A stretch of 64,000 bases of DNA. Origin: the human T2T-CHM13v2.0 reference genome, Homo sapiens. The stretch is taken from the NCBI GenBank assembly GCA_009914755.4, contig CP086569.2, forward strand, positions 28,704,001 through 28,768,000, read 5' to 3'. Below, in pieces: positions 14,297 to 29,851 of the stretch. Below the pieces are notes generated by a model that worked only from the letters and a program-made list of their open reading frames with translations, ran no database searches and had not been told where the DNA came from. Each line of letters opens with the position of its first letter. The first letter of the stretch is position 1. A program made the position numbers and the translations under genes.

Positions 14297-17200
14297 TTGC
14301 ATTCTATTCGAGTGATTTCCATTCGAGTCCTTTCCATTCGATTCCATTCCATTCTATTCCATTCCTTTGGATTCCATTCCATTCCGTTCCGTTCACATCA
14401 ATTCCTTGCGATTCCATTACATTCGATTTCTTGCCATTCGATTCCATTCCTTTTGACTCCATTTCATTCGATTCCATTCCATTCCATTAATTTCCATTCC
14501 ATTCGAGACCTTTCCATTGCAGTCTTTTCCCTTCGAGTCCATTCCGTTCGATTCCCTTCCATTCGATTCCATTCCATTGGAGTCCGTACCAGTCGAGTCC
14601 ATTCTATTCCAGTCCATTAGTTTCGACTCCATTGCATTCGAGTGCATTCCATTCCGTGGCTGTCCATTCCATTCCGTTTGATGCCATTCCATACGATTCC
14701 ATTCAATTCGAGACCATTCTATTCCTGTCCATTCCTTGCGGTTCGATTCCATTTCACTCTAGTCCATTCCATTCCATTCAATTCCATTCGACTCTATTCC
14801 GTTCCATTCAATTCCATTCCATTCGATTCCATTTTTTTCGAGAACCTTCCATTACACTCCCTTCCATTCCAGTGCATTCCATTCCAGTCTCTTCAGTTCG
14901 ATTCCATTCCATTCGTTTAGATTCCTTTCCATTCCAGCCCATTCCATTCCATTCCATTCCTTTCCTTTCCGTTTCATTAGATTCCATTGCATTCCATTCC
15001 ATTCAATTCAATTCCGTGCTATTCAATTTGATTCACTTCCATTTAATTCCATTCCATTAGATTCCATTCCGTACGATTCCATTCCTTTTGAATCCATTCC
15101 ATTGGAGTCCATTCACTTCCAGAACATTCCATTCCAGTCGAATCCATTCGAGTACATTCCATTAAAGTTCATTACATTCTAATACATTCCATTCCATTGC
15201 ATTCCATTCCATTCCATTCGATGCCATTCGATTCCATTCCATGCCAAATCATTGCATTCCTTTCCATTCCGTTCCTATCAATTCCATTCCATTCGATTTA
15301 GTTCGATTCTATTCACTTCCATTCCATTCGATTCCATTCCATTGGAGTCAATTCCTTTCGACACCCAGCCTTTCCAGTCAATGATTTTGGATTCCATTTT
15401 GTTGCATTCCATTACATTCTATGACATTCGATTCCGTTTCATTGCATTCCATTCCATACATTTTTATTCCATTCGAGACCGTAGCATTCCACTTTATTCC
15501 AGGCCTGTCCATTACACTACATTCCCTTCCATTCCAATGAATTCCATTCCATTCCAATCCATTCCTTTCCTTTCGCTTGCATTCCATTCTATTCCCTTCT
15601 ACTGCATACAATTTCACTCCATTCGTTCCCATTCCATTCAATTCCATTCCATTCAATTCCATTCCATTTGTTTCCATTCTCTTCGATTCCATTTCTTTAT
15701 ATTCCATGCCATTCGATTCCATTCTATTGGATTGCATTACATTCGTGTTCATTCCATTCCAGACCATTCCATTTGACTCCATTCCTTTCGAGCCCTTTCA
15801 ATTTGAGTCCATTCCTTTCCAGTCCATTTCACTCCAGTCCATTACTATCCATTCCATCCCATTCCATCCCATTCCATTCCATTCCATTCCATTCCATTCC
15901 ATTCCATTCCATTCCATTTCATTCCATTCCATTCCATTCCATTGCACTGCACTCCATTCCATTACATTCTACTCTATCTGAGTCGGTTTAATTGCATTAG
16001 ATTCTATTCCATTGGATTACTTTCCATTCGATTACATTCCATTCATGTACATTCCATTCCAGTCAATTACATTCGAGTTCATTACATTACATTCCAGTAT
16101 ATTCCATTGTGTTCGATCCCATTCCTTTCAATTCCATTTCATTCGACTCCATTATATTCGATTCCATTCCACTCGAATCCATTCCATTAGAGGACATTCC
16201 ATTCCAATGCATTCCATTCCATTCCATAACATTCCATTGCATTCGATTCCATTCCATTTGATGCCATTCCATTTGATGCCATTCCATGACATTCCATTCC
16301 ATTCGAGTCCATTCCGTTCCAATTCATTCCATTCCGTTTCATGAAATTCGAGTCCTTTCCAGTACATTTCATTCCAATCCCATCCAATCCAATCTACTCC
16401 ATTCAATTCCTTTCCATTCCATTTGATTAGATTCCATTGATTTGATTCCATTCAGTTTGATTCCATTCCGTGAAATTTCGTTCCATTCTATTCCATTGCA
16501 TTACTTTCCATTCAATTCCATTCCATTTCATTTCAGTCCATTCGCTTCCTTTCCTTTCGATTCAATTCCATTTGATTCCACTCCATTCTATGCGATTTCA
16601 TTCCAATCGATTCAATTCCATTGGATGACATTCCTTTCGTTTCCATTCCTTTCGAGTCCATTCAATTTGAGCATTCGTGTCCATTCTATTCGAGTCCATT
16701 CCATTACCGTCTATTCTATTCCCTTCCATTCCTGTTGATTCAATTTCATTCCCTTCCATTCGATTCCTTTCCATTCGATTCCATTCCTTTCCATTCCATT
16801 CCATTCGTTCCCATTCCATGTGATTTCATTCCATTCCAGTCCATTATATTCGAGTCCACTCCACTCCATTCTATTACATTCAATTCCTTTGGAGTCCGTT
16901 CCATAACACTCCATTCATTTCGATTCCATTTCTTGCCAGTTTTCTTCCATTTTATTCCATTCCGTTCGATTCCATTCCATTCGATTGCATTCCATTCGAA
17001 TCCTTTCCATTCCATTTCATTCCATTCCTTTCTATTCCATTCCATTTCATTCGATTTGATTCCATTCTGTTCTATTCCATTCAATTCTTTTTCATTCCAT
17101 TCGAATCCTTTCTATTGCAGTCCATTCCATTCGAGTCCATTCCAATCCCTTCCATTCCATTCCATTACAGACCATTCCAATAGATTCCGTTCCTTTGCCT

Positions 17201-17850
17201 TCCATTCGAATCCATTCCATTCTAGTCCATTCCATTTGAGTCAATTCCATTCCATTCCATTCTATTCCTTTCCAATCCATTCGATTCCATTCGATTCAAT
17301 TCCATTTGATTCTCTTTCATTCTATTTTATTCCATGCCATTTGATTGCATTGCATTCCATTCCGTTTGATTCCAGTCCATTCAAGAAAGTTCCATTCCAG
17401 TCCATTGCTTTCCAGTCCATTCCATTCCACTCTAGTCTATTCCACTCCATTCCTTTCCATTCCATTCCATACTATTCCATTCCGTTTCCAATCTATTCGA
17501 GTCCATTGCATTCCAGTCCAATCCATTCGATTACATTCCTTTTGATTCCCTGCCAGTCGATTGCATTGCATACTACACCATTCCAAAGGAGTCCATTCCA
17601 TTCTATCTCAACACTTTCCATTCCACTCTGTTCGAGTCCATTCCATTCCAGTCCGTTTAATTCAAGGGCATTCCATTCCATTCCATTCCATTCCATTTCA
17701 TATTATTCCATTCCATTCAATTCCATTCCAGATGATTCCATTCCATTCTATACCATTGCTCTCTGTTCCATTCCATTCCATCTGTCTCCATTCCTTTCGT
17801 TTCGATTCCTTTCCATTCCATTCCATTCCATTTGATCCTATTTTATTAAG
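14297..17850 (+). repeat. HOR unit U5 (3,554 bp), A-type; carries a 15-bp (three-pentamer) deletion near 17471 and a TGA-removing substitution near 16891
   Basis: Landmark periodicity. Compared with other units it reads 'ccatactattccattccgtttcc' where they read 'ccatactattccattccattcctttgcattccgtttcc'. Confidence 0.75.
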
Positions 17851-20800
17851 TTGCATTCTATTCGAGTGATTTCCATTCGAGTCCTTTCCATTCGATTCCA
17901 TTCCATTCTATTCCATTCCTTTGGATTCCATTCCATTCCGTTCCGTTCACATCAATTCCTTGCGATTCCATTACATTCGATTTCTTGCCATTCGATTCCA
18001 TTCCTTTTGACTCCATTTCATTCGATTCCATTCCATTCCATTAATTTCCATTCCATTCGAGACCTTTCCATTGCAGTCTTTTCCCTTCGAGTCCATTCCG
18101 TTCGAATCCCTTCCATTCGATTCCATTCCATTGGAGTCCGTACCAGTCGAGTCCATTCTATTCCAGTCCATAAGTTTCGACTCCGTTGCATTCGAGTGCA
18201 TTCCATTCCGTGGCTGTCCATTCCATTCCGTTTGATGCCATTCCATACGATTCCATTCAATTCGAGACCATTCTATTCCTGTCCATTCCTTGTGGTTTGA
18301 TTCCATTTCACTCTAGTCCATTCCATTCCATTCAATTCCATTCGACTCTATTCCGTTCCATTCAATTCCATTCCATTCGATTCCATTTTTTTCGAGAACC
18401 TTCCATTACACTCCCTTCCATTCCAGTGCATTCCATTCCAGTCTCTTCAGTTCGATTCCATTCCATTCGTTTCGATTCCTTTCCATTCCAGCCCATTCCA
18501 TTCCATTCCATTCCTTTCCTTTCCGTTTCATTAGATTCCATTGCATTCCATTCCATTCAATTCAATTCCGTGCTATTCAATTTGATTCCTTTGCATTTAA
18601 TTCCATTCCATTAGATTCCATTCCGTTCGATTCCATTCCTTTCGAATCCATTCCATTGGAGTCCATTCACTTCCAGAACATTCCATTTCAGTCGAATCAA
18701 TTCGAGTACATTCCATTAATGTTCATTACATTCTAATACATTCCATTCCATTGCATTCCATTCCATTCCATTCGATGCCATTCGATTCCATTCCGTGCCA
18801 AATGATTGCATTCCTTTCCATTCCGTTCCTATCAATTCCATTCCATTCGATTTAGTTCGATTCTATTCACTTCCATTCCATTCGATTCCATTCCATTGGA
18901 GTCAATTCCTTTCGACACCCAGCCTTTCCAGTCAATGATTTTGGATTCCATTTTTTTGCATTCCATTACATTCTATGACATTCGATTCCGTTTCATTGCA
19001 TTCCATTCCATACATTTTTATTCCATTCGAGACCGTAGCATTCCACTTTATTCCAGGCCTGTCCATTACACTACATTCCCTTCCATTCCAATGAATTCCA
19101 TTCCATTCCAATCCATTCCTTTCCTTTGGCTTGCATTCCATTCTATTCCCTTCTACTGCATACAATTTCACTCCATTCGTTCCCATTCCATTCAATTCCA
19201 TTCCATTCAATTCCATTCCATTTGTTTCCATTCTCTTCGATTCCATTTCTTTATATTCCATGACATTCGATTCCATTCTATTGGATTGCATTACATTCGT
19301 GTTCATTCCATTCCAGACCATTCCATTTGACTCCATTCCTTTCGAGCCCTTTCAATTTGAGTCCATTCCTTTCCAGTCCATTTCACTCCAGTCCATTACT
19401 ATCCATTCCATACCATTCCATCCCATTCCATCCCATTCCATTCCATTCCATTCCATTCCATTCCATTCCATTCCATTCCATTCCATTCAATTGCATTCCA
19501 TTCCATTCCATTCCATTGCACTGCACTCCATTCCATTACATTCTACTCTATCTGAGTTGATTTTATTGCATTAGATTATATTCCATTGGATTATTTTCCA
19601 TTCGATTACATTCCATTCATATACATTCCATTCCAGTCAATTACATTCGAGTTCATTACATTACATTCCAGTATATTCCATTGTATTCGATCCCATTCCT
19701 TTCAATTCCATTTCATTCGACTCCATTATATTCGATTTCATTCCACTCGAATCCATTCCATTAGAGGACATTCCATTCCAATGCATTCCATTCCATTCCA
19801 TAGCATTCCATTGCATTCGATTCCATTCCATTTGATGCCATTCCATTTGATGCCATTCCATGACATTCCATTCCATTCGAGTCCATTCCGTTCCAATTCA
19901 TTCCATTCCGTTTCATGAAATTCGAGTCCTTTCCAGTACATTTCATTCCAATCCCATCCAATCCAATCTACTCCATTCAATTCCTTTCCATTCCATTTGA
20001 TTTGATTCCATTGATTTGATTCCATTCAGTTTGATTCCATTCCGTGAAATTTCGTTCCATTCTATTCCATTGCATTACTTTCCATTCAATTCCATTCCAT
20101 TTCATTTCAGTCCATTCGCTTCCTTTCCTTTCGATTCAATTCCATTTGATTCCACTCCATTCTATGCGATTTCATTCCAATCGATTCAATTCCATTCGAT
20201 GACATTCCTTTCGTTTCCATTCCATTCGAGTCCATTCAATTTGAGCATTCGTGTCCATTCTATTCGAGTCCATTCCATTACCGTCTATTCTATTCCCTTC
20301 CATTCCTGTTGATTCAATTTCATTCCCTTCCATTCGATTCCTTTCCATTCGATTCCATTCCTTTCCATTCCATTCCATTCGTTCCCATTCCATGTGATTT
20401 CATTCCATTCCAGTCCATTATATTCGAGTCCACTCCACTCCATTCTATTACATTCAATTCCTTTTGAGTCCGTTCCATAACACTCCATTCATTTCGATTC
20501 CATTTCTTGCCAGTTTTCTTCCATTTTATTCCATTCCGTTCGATTCCATTCCATTCGATTGCATTCCATTCGAATCCTTTCCATTCCATTTCATTCCATT
20601 CCTTTCTATTCCATTCCATTTCATTCGATTTGATTCCATTCTGTTCTATTCCATTCAATTCTTTTTCATTCCATTCGAATCCTTTCTATTGCAGTCCATT
20701 CCATTCGAGTCCATTCCAATCCCTTCCATTCCATTCCATTACAGTCCATTCCAATAGATTCCATTCCTTTGCCTTCCATTCGAATCCATTCCATTCTAGT

Positions 20801-21433
20801 CCATTCCATTTGAGTCAATTCCATTCCATTCCATTCTATTCCTTTCCAATCCATTCGATTCAATTCCATTTGATTCTCTTTCATTCTATTTTATTCCATG
20901 CCATTGATTGCATTGCATTCCATTCCGTTTGATTCCAGTCCATTCAAGAAAGTTCCATTCCAGTCCATTGCTTTCCAGTCCATTCCATTCCACTCTAGTC
21001 TATTCCACTCCATTCCTTTCCATTCCATTCCATACTATTCCATTCCATTCCTTTGCATTCCGTTTCCAATCTATTCGAGTCCATTGCATTCCAGTCCAAT
21101 CCATTCCATTACATTCCTTTTGATTCCCTGCCAGTCGATTGCATTGCATACTACACCATTCCAAAGGAGTCCATTCCATTCTATCTCAACACTTTCCATT
21201 CCACTCTGTTCGAGTCCATTCCATTCCAGTCCATTTAATTCAAGGGCATTCCATTCCATTCCATTCCATTCAATTCCATTTCATATTATTCCATTCCATT
21301 CAATTCCATTCCAGATGATTCCATTCCATTCTATACCATTGCTCTCTGTTCCCTTCCATTCCATCTGTCTCCATTCCTTTCGTTTCGATTCCTTTCCATT
21401 CCATTCCATTACATTTGATCCTATTTTATTAAA
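17851..21433 (+). repeat. HOR unit U6 (3,583 bp), A-type with small indels (10-bp deletion ~20853, 1-bp deletion ~20903, 5-bp pentamer insertion ~21270)
   Basis: Landmark periodicity and comparison with U4. Confidence 0.7.
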
Positions 21434-24400
21434 TTGCATTCTATTCGAGTGATTTCCATTCGAGTCCTTTCCATTCGATTCCATTCCATTCTATTCCATT
21501 CCTTTGGATTCCATTCCATTCCCTTCCGTTCACATCAATTCCTTGCGATTCCATTACATTCGATTTCTTGCCATTCGATTCCATTCCTTTTGACTCCATT
21601 TCATTCGATTCCATTCCATTCCATTAATTTCCATTCCATTCGAGACCATTCCATTGCAGTCTTTTCCCTTCGAGTCCATTCCGTTCGATTCCCTTCCATT
21701 CGATTCCATTCCATTGGAGTCCGTACCAGTCGAGTCCATTCTATTCCAGTCCATTAGTTTCGACTCCATTACATTCGAGTGCATTCCATTCCGTGGCTGT
21801 CCATTCCATTCCGTTTGATGCCATTCCATATGATTCCATTCAATTCGAGACCATTCTATTCCTGTCCATTCCTTGTGCTTCGATTCCATTTCACTCTAGT
21901 CCATTCCATTCCATTCAATTCCATTCGACTCTATTCCGTTCCATTCAATTCCATTCCATTCGATTCCATTTTTTTCGAGAACCTTCCATTACACTCCCTT
22001 CCATTCCAGTGCATTCCATTCCAGTCTCTTCAGTTCGATTCCATTCCATTCGTTTCGATTCCTTTCCATTCCAGCCCATTCCATTCCATTCCATTCCTTT
22101 CCTTTCCGTTTCATTAGATTCCATTGCATTCCATTCCATTCAATTCAATTCCGTGCTATTCAATTTGATTCATATCCATTTAATTCCATTCCATTAGATT
22201 CCATTCCGTACGATTCCATTCCTTTGGAATCCATTCCATTGGAGTCCATTCACTTCCAGAACATTCCATTCCAGTCGAATCCATTCGAGTACATTCCATT
22301 AAAGTTCATTACATTCTAATACATTCCATTCCATTGCATTCCATTCCATTCCATTCGATGCCATTCGATTCCATTCCATGCCAAATCATTGCATTCCTTT
22401 CCATTCCGTTCCTATCAATTCCATTCCATTCGATTTAGTTCGATTCTATTCACTTCCATTCCATTCGATTCCATTCCATTGGAGTCAATTCCTTTCGACA
22501 CCCAGCCTTTCCAGTCAATGATTTTGGAGTCCATTTTTTTGCATTCCATTACATTCTATGACATTCGATTCCGTTTCATTGCATTCCATTCCATACATTT
22601 TTATTCCATTCGAGACCGTAGCATTCCACTTTATTCCAGACCTGTCCATTACACTACATTCCCTTCCATTCCAATGAATTCCATTCCATTCCAATCCATT
22701 CCTTTCCTTTCGCTTGCATTCCATTCTATTCCCTTCTACTGCATACAATTTCACTCCATTCGTTCCCATTCCATTCAATTCCATTCCATTCAATTCCATT
22801 CCATTTGTTTCCATTCTCTTCGATTCCATTTCTTTATATTCCATGCCATTCGATTCCATTCTATTGGATTGCATTACATTCGTGTTCATTCCATTCCAGA
22901 CCATTCCATTTGACTCCATTCCTTTCGAGCCCTTTCAATTTGAGTCCATTCCTTTCCAGTCCAGTTCACTCCAGTCCATTACTATCCATTCCATACCATT
23001 CCATCCCATTCCATTCCATTCCATTCCATTCCATTCCATTCCATTCCATTGCATTCAATTCCATTCCATTCCATTGCACTGCACTCCATTCCATTACATT
23101 CTACTCTATCTGAGTCGGTTTTATTGCATTAGATTCTATTCCATTGGATTACTTTCCATTCGATTACATTCCATTCATGTACATTCCATTCCAGTCAATT
23201 ACATTCGAGTTCATTACATTACATTCCAGTATATTCCATTCTATTCGATCCCATTCCTTTCAATTCCATTTCATTCGACTCCATTATATTCGATTCCATT
23301 CCACTCGAATCCATTCCATTAGAGGACATTCCATTCCAATGCATTCCATTCCATTCCATAACATTCCATTGCATTCGATTCCATTCCATTTGATGCCATT
23401 CCATTTGATGCCATTCCATGACATTCCATTCCATTCGAGTCCATTCCGTTCCAATTCATTCCATTCCGTTTCATGAAATTCGAGTCCTTTCCAGTACATT
23501 TCATTCCAATCCCATCCAATCCAATCTACTCCATTCAATTCCTTTCCATTCCATTTGATTAGATTCCATTGATTTGATTCCATTCAGTTTGATTCCATTC
23601 CGTGAAATTTCGTTCCATTCTATTCCATTGCATTACTTTCCATTCAATTCCATTCCATTTCATTTCAGTCCATTCGCTTCCTTTCCTTTCGATTCAATTC
23701 CATTTGATTCCACTCCATTCTATGCGATTTCATTCCAATCGATTCAATTCCATTCGATGACATTCCTTTCGTTTCCATTCCATTCGAGTCCATTCAATTT
23801 GAGCATTCGTGTCCATTCTATTCGAGTCCATTCCATTTCCGTCTATTCTATTCCCTTCCATTCCTGTTGATTCAATTTCATTCCCTTCCATTCGATTCCT
23901 TTCCATTCGATTCCATTCCTTTCCATTCCATTCCATTCGTTCCCATTCCATGTGATTTCATTCCATTCCAGTCCATTATATTCGAGTCCACTCCACTCCA
24001 TTCTATTACATTCAATTCCTTTTGAGTCCGTTCCATAACACTCCATTCATTTCGCTTCCATTTCTTGCCAGTTTGCTTCCATTTTATTCCATTCCGTTCG
24101 ATTCCATTCCATTCGATTGCATTCCATTCGAATCCTTTCCATTCCATTTCATTCCATTCCTTTCTATTCCATTCCATTTCATTCGATTTGATTCCATTCT
24201 GTTCTATTCCATTCAATTCTTTTTCATTCCATTCGAATCCTTTCTATTGCAGTCCATTCCGTTCGAGTCCATTCCAATCCCTTCCATTCCATTCCATTAC
24301 AGTCCATTCCAATAGATTCCATTCCTTTGCCTTCCATTCGAATCCATTCCATTCTAGTCCATTCCATTTGAGTCAATTCCATTCCATTCCATTCTATTCC

Positions 24401-25012
24401 TTTCCAATCCATTAGATTCCATTCGATTCAATTCCATTTGATTCTCTTTCATTCTATTTTATTCCATGCCATTTGATTGCATTGCATTCCATTCCGTTTG
24501 ATTCCAGTCCATTCAAGAAAGTTCCATTCCAGTCCATTGCTTTCCAGTCCATTCCATTCCATTCTAGTCTATTCCACTCCATTCCTTTCCATTCCATTCC
24601 ATACTATTCCATTCCATTCTTTTGCATTCCGTTTCCAATCTATTCGAGTCCATTGCATTCCAGTCCAGTCCATTCCATTACATTCCTTTTGATTCCCTGC
24701 CAGTCGATTGCATTGCATACTACACCATTCCAAAGGAGTCCATTCCATTCTATCTCAACACTTTCCATTCCACTCTGTTCGAGTCCATTCCATTCCAGTC
24801 CATTTAATTCAAGGGCATTCCATTCCATTCCATTCCATTCCATTCCATTCCATTCCATTTCATATTATTCCATTCCATTCAATTCCATTCCAGATGATTC
24901 CATTCCATTCTATACCATTGCTCTCTGTTCCCTTCCATTCCATCTGTCTCCATTCCTTTCGTTTCGATTCCTTTCCATTCCATTCCATTACATTTGATCC
25001 TATTTTATTAAA
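21434..25012 (+). repeat. HOR unit U7 (3,579 bp), B-type (GGCC lost: 'ccagacctg' at 22636-22644)
   Basis: Landmark periodicity and shared variants with U8, U10 and U12. Confidence 0.75.
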
Positions 25013-28000
25013 TTGCATTCTATTCGAGTGATTTCCATTCGAGTCCTTTCCATTCGATTCCATTCCATTCTATTCCATTCCTTTGGATTCCATTCCATTC
25101 CCTTCCGTTCACATCAATTCCTTGCGATTCCATTACATTCGATTTCTTGCCATTCGATTCCATTCCTTTTGACTCCATTTCATTCGATTCCATTCCATTC
25201 CATTAATTTCCATTCCATTCGAGACCATTCCATTGCAGTCTTTTCCCTTCGAGTCCATTCCGTTCGATTCCCTTCCATTCGATTCCATTCCATTGGAGTC
25301 CGTACCAGTCGAGTCCATTCTATTCCAGTCCATTAGTTTCGACTCCATTACATTCGAGTGCATTCCATTCCGTGGCTGTCCATTCCATTCCGTTTGATGC
25401 CATTCCATACGATTCCATTCAATTCGAGACCATTCTATTCCTGTCCATTCCTTGTGCTTCGATTCCATTTCACTCTGGTCCATTCCATTCCATTCAATTC
25501 CATTCGACTCTATTCCGTTCCATTCAATTCCATTCCATTCGATTCCATTTTTTTCGAGAACCTTCCATTACACTCCCTTCCATTCCAGTGCATTCCATTC
25601 CAGTCTCTTCAGTTCGATTCCATTCCATTCGTTTCGATTCCTTTCCATTCCAGCCCATTCCATTCCATTCCATTCCTTTCCTTTCCGTTTCATTAGATTC
25701 CATTGCATTCCATTCCATTCAATTCAATTCCGTGCTATTCAATTTGATTCATATCCATTTAATTCCATTCCATTAGATTCCATTCCGTACGATTCCATTC
25801 CTTTGGAATCCATTCCATTGGAGTCCATTCACTTCCAGAACATTCCATTCCAGTCGAATCCATTCGAGTACATTCCATTAAAGTTCATTACATTCTAATA
25901 CATTCCATTCCATTGCATTCCATTCCATTCCATTCGATGCCATTCGATTCCATTCCATGCCAAATCATTGCATTCCTTTCCATTCCGTTCCTATCAATTC
26001 CATTCCATTCGATTTAGTTCGATTCTATTCACTTCCATTCCATTCGATTCCATTCCATTGGAGTCAATTCCTTTCGACACCCAGCCTTTCCAGTCAATGA
26101 TTTTGGAGTCCATTTTTTTGCATTCCATTACATTCTATGACATTCGATTCCGTTTCATTGCATTCCATTCCATACATTTTTATTCCATTCGAGACCGTAG
26201 CATTCCACTTTATTCCAGACCTGTCCATTACACTACATTCCCTTCCATTCCAATGAATTCCATTCCATTCCAATCCATTCCTTTCCTTTCGCTTGCATTC
26301 CATTCTATTCCCTTCTACTGCATACAATTTCACTCCATTCGTTCCCATTCCATTCAATTCCATTCCATTCAATTCCATTCCATTTGTTTCCATTCTCTTC
26401 GATTCCATTTCTTTATATTCCATGCCATTCGATTCCATTCTATTGGATTGCATGACTTTCGTGTTCATTCCATTCCAGACCATTCCATTTGACTCCATTC
26501 CTTTCGAGCCCTTTCAATTTGAGTCCATTCCTTTCCAGTCCATTTCACTCCAGTCCATTACTATCCATTCCATACCATTCCATCCCATTCCATTAAATTC
26601 CATTCCATTCCATTCCATTCCATTCCATTGCATTCCATTCCATTCCATTCCATTGCACTGCACTCCATTCCATTACATTCTACTCTATTTGAGTCGATTT
26701 TATTGCATTAGATTCTATTCCATTGGATTACTTTCCATTCGATTACATTCCATTCATGTACATTCCATTCCAGTCAATTACATTCGAGTTCATTACATTA
26801 CATTCCAGTATATTCCATTGTATTCGATCCCATTCCTTTCAATTCCATTTCATTCGACTCCATTATATTCGATTCCATTCCACTCGAATCCATTCCATTA
26901 GAGGACATTCCATTCCAATGCATTCCATTCCATTCCATAGCATTCCGTTGCATTCGATTCCATTCCATTTGATGCCATTCCATTTGATGCCATTCCATGA
27001 CATTCTATTCCATTCGAGTCCATTCCGTTCCAATTCATTCCATTCCGTTTCATGAAATTCGAGTCCTTTCCAGTACATTTCATTCCAATCCCATCCAATC
27101 CAATCTACTCCATTCAATTCCTTTCCATTCCATTTGATTAGATTCCATTGATTTGATTCCATTCAGTTTGATTCCATTCCGTGAAATTTCGTTCCATTCT
27201 ATTCCATTGCATTACTTTCCATTCAATTCCATTCCATTTCATTTCAGTCCATTCGATTCCTTTCCTTTCGATTCAATTCCATTTGATTCCACTCCATTCT
27301 ATGCGATTTCATTCCAATCGATTCAATTCCATTCGATGACATTCCTTTCGTTTCCATTCCATTCGAGTCCATTCAATTTGAGTATTCGTGTCCATTCAAT
27401 TCGAGTCCATTCCATTACCGTCTATTCTATTCCCTTCCATTCCTGTTGATTCAATTTCATTCCCTTCCATTCGATTCCTTTCCATTCAATTCCATTCCTT
27501 TCCATTCCATTCCATTCCTTCCCATTCCATGTGATTTCATTCCATTCCAGTCCATTATATTCGAGTCCACTCCACTCCATTCTATTACATTCAATTCCTT
27601 TTGAGTCCGTTCCATAACACTCCATTCATTTCGATTCCATTTCTTGCCAGTTTTCTTCCATTTTATTCCATTCCGTTCGATTCCATTCCATTCGATTGCA
27701 TTCCATTCGAATCCTTTCCATTCCATTTCATTCCATTCCTTTCTATTCCATTCCATTTCATTCGATTTGATTCCATTCTGTTCTATTCCATTCAATTCTT
27801 TTTCATTCCATTCGAATCCTTTCTATTGCAGTCCATTCCATTCGAGTCCATTCCAATCCCTTCCATTCCATTCCATTACAGTCCATTCCAATAGATTCCA
27901 TTCCTTTGCCTTCCATTCGAATCCATTCCATTCTAGTCCATTCCATTTGAGTCAATTCCATTCCATTCCATTCTATTCCTTTCCAATCCATTCGATTCCA

Positions 28001-29851
28001 TTCGATTCAATTCCATTTGATTCTCTTTCATTCTATTTTATTCCATGCCATTTGATTGCATTGCATTCCATTCCGTTTGATTCCAGTCCATTCAAGAAAG
28101 TTCCATTCCTGTCCATTTCTTTCCAGTCCATTCCATTCCACTCTAGTCTATTCCACTCCATTCCTTTCCATTCCATTCCATACTATTCCATTCCATTCCT
28201 TTGCATTCCGTTTGCAATCTATTCGAGTCCATTGCATTCCAGTCCAATCCATTCGATTACATTCCTTTTGATTCCCTGCCAGTCGATTGCATTGCATACT
28301 AGACCATTCCAAACGAGTCCATTCCATTCTATCTCAAAACTTTCCATTCCACTCTGTTCGAGTCCATTCCATTCCAGTCCATTTAATTCAAGGGCATTCC
28401 ATTCCATTCCATTCCATTCCATTTCATATTATTCCATTCCATTCAATTCCATTCCAGATGATTCCATTCCATTCTATACCATTGCTCTCTGTTCCATTCC
28501 ATTCCATCTGTCTCCATTCCTTTCGTTTCGATTCCTTTCCATTCCATTCCATTACATTTGATCCTATTTTATTAAATTGCATTCTATTCGAGTGATTTCC
28601 ATTCGAGTCCTTTCCATTCGATTCCATTCCATTCTATTCCATTCCTTTGGATTCCATTCCATTCCGTTCCGTTCACATCAATTCCTTGCGATTCCATTAC
28701 ATTCGATTTCTTGCCATTCGATTCCATTCCTTTTGACTCCATTTCATTCGATTCCATTCCATTCCATTAATTTCCATTCCATTCGAGACCTTTCCATTGC
28801 AGTCTTTTCCCTTCGAGTCCATTCCTTTCGATTCCCTTCCATTCGATTCCATTCCATTGGAGTCCGTACCAGTCGAGTCCATTCTATTCCAGTCCATTAG
28901 TTTCGACTCCATTGCATTCGAGTGCATTCCATTCCGTGGCTGTCCATTCCATTCCGTTTGATGCCATTCCATACGATTCCATTCAATTCGAGACCATTCT
29001 ATTCCTGTCCATTCCTTGTGGTTCGATTCCATTTCACTCTAGTCCATTCCATTCCATTCAATTCCATTCGACTCTATTCCGTTCCATTCAATTCCATTCC
29101 ATTCGATTCCATTTTTGTCGAGAACCTTCCATTACACTCCCTTCCATTCCAGTGCATTCCATTCCAGTCTCTTCAGTTCGATTCCATTCCATTCGTTTCG
29201 ATTCCTTTCCATTCCAGCCCATTCCATTCCATTCCTTTCCTTTCCGTTTCATTAGATTCCATTGCATTCGATTCCATTCAATTCAATTCCATGCTATTCA
29301 ATTTGATTCATTTCCATTTAATTCCATTCCATTAGATTCCATTCCGTACGATTCCATTCCTTTTGAATCCATTCCATTGGAGTCCATTCACTTCCAGAAC
29401 ATTCCATTCCAGTCGAATCCATTCGAGTACATTCCATTAAAGTTCATTAGATTCTAATACGTTCCATTCCATTGCATTCCATTCCATTCCATTCGATGCC
29501 ATTCGATTCCATTCCGTGCCAAATCATTGCATTCCTTTCCATTCCGTTCCTATCAATTCCATTCCATTCGATTTAGTTCGATTCTATTCACTTCCACTCC
29601 ATTCGATTCCATTCCATTGGAGTCAATTCCTTTCGACACCCAGCCTTTCCAGTCAATGATTTTGGATTCCATTTTTTTGCATTCCATTACATTCTATGAC
29701 ATTCGATTCCGTTTCATTGCATTCCATTCCATACATTTTTATTCCATTCGAGACCGTAGCATTCCACTTTATTCCAGGCCTGTCCATTACACTACATTCC
29801 CTTCCATTCCAATGAATTCCATTCCATTCCAATCCATTCCTTTCCTTTCGC
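22714..29851 (+). repeat. Dimeric (two-unit, 7,138-bp) nested HOR, copy 1
   Basis: ORF-track peptides at 22714, 23144, 23574, 24065, 24473, 25013, 25968, 26094 and 27153 recur identically at +7,138 bp. Confidence 0.65.
25013..28576 (+). repeat. HOR unit U8 (3,564 bp), B-type (GGCC lost)
   Basis: Landmark periodicity. Near-identical to U10 at +7,138 bp. Confidence 0.75.

Larger units (their letters stand above)
1..15044 (+). repeat. Super-repeat copy 1 (partial; left edge outside window) of a ~48.96-kb multi-unit duplication
   Basis: Colinear and near-identical to 48962-64000. Offset is 48,961 bp before position ~1655 and 48,956 bp after it. Confidence 0.85.

Noticed and set aside
20507-21452. 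Apparent deletion or fusion in U6 (ORFs 20507-20932 and 20898-21452)
   Set aside because: Explained by small indels (1-bp and 10-bp deletions, one 5-bp pentamer insertion near 21270) that shift frames. The unit is full length (3,583 bp).
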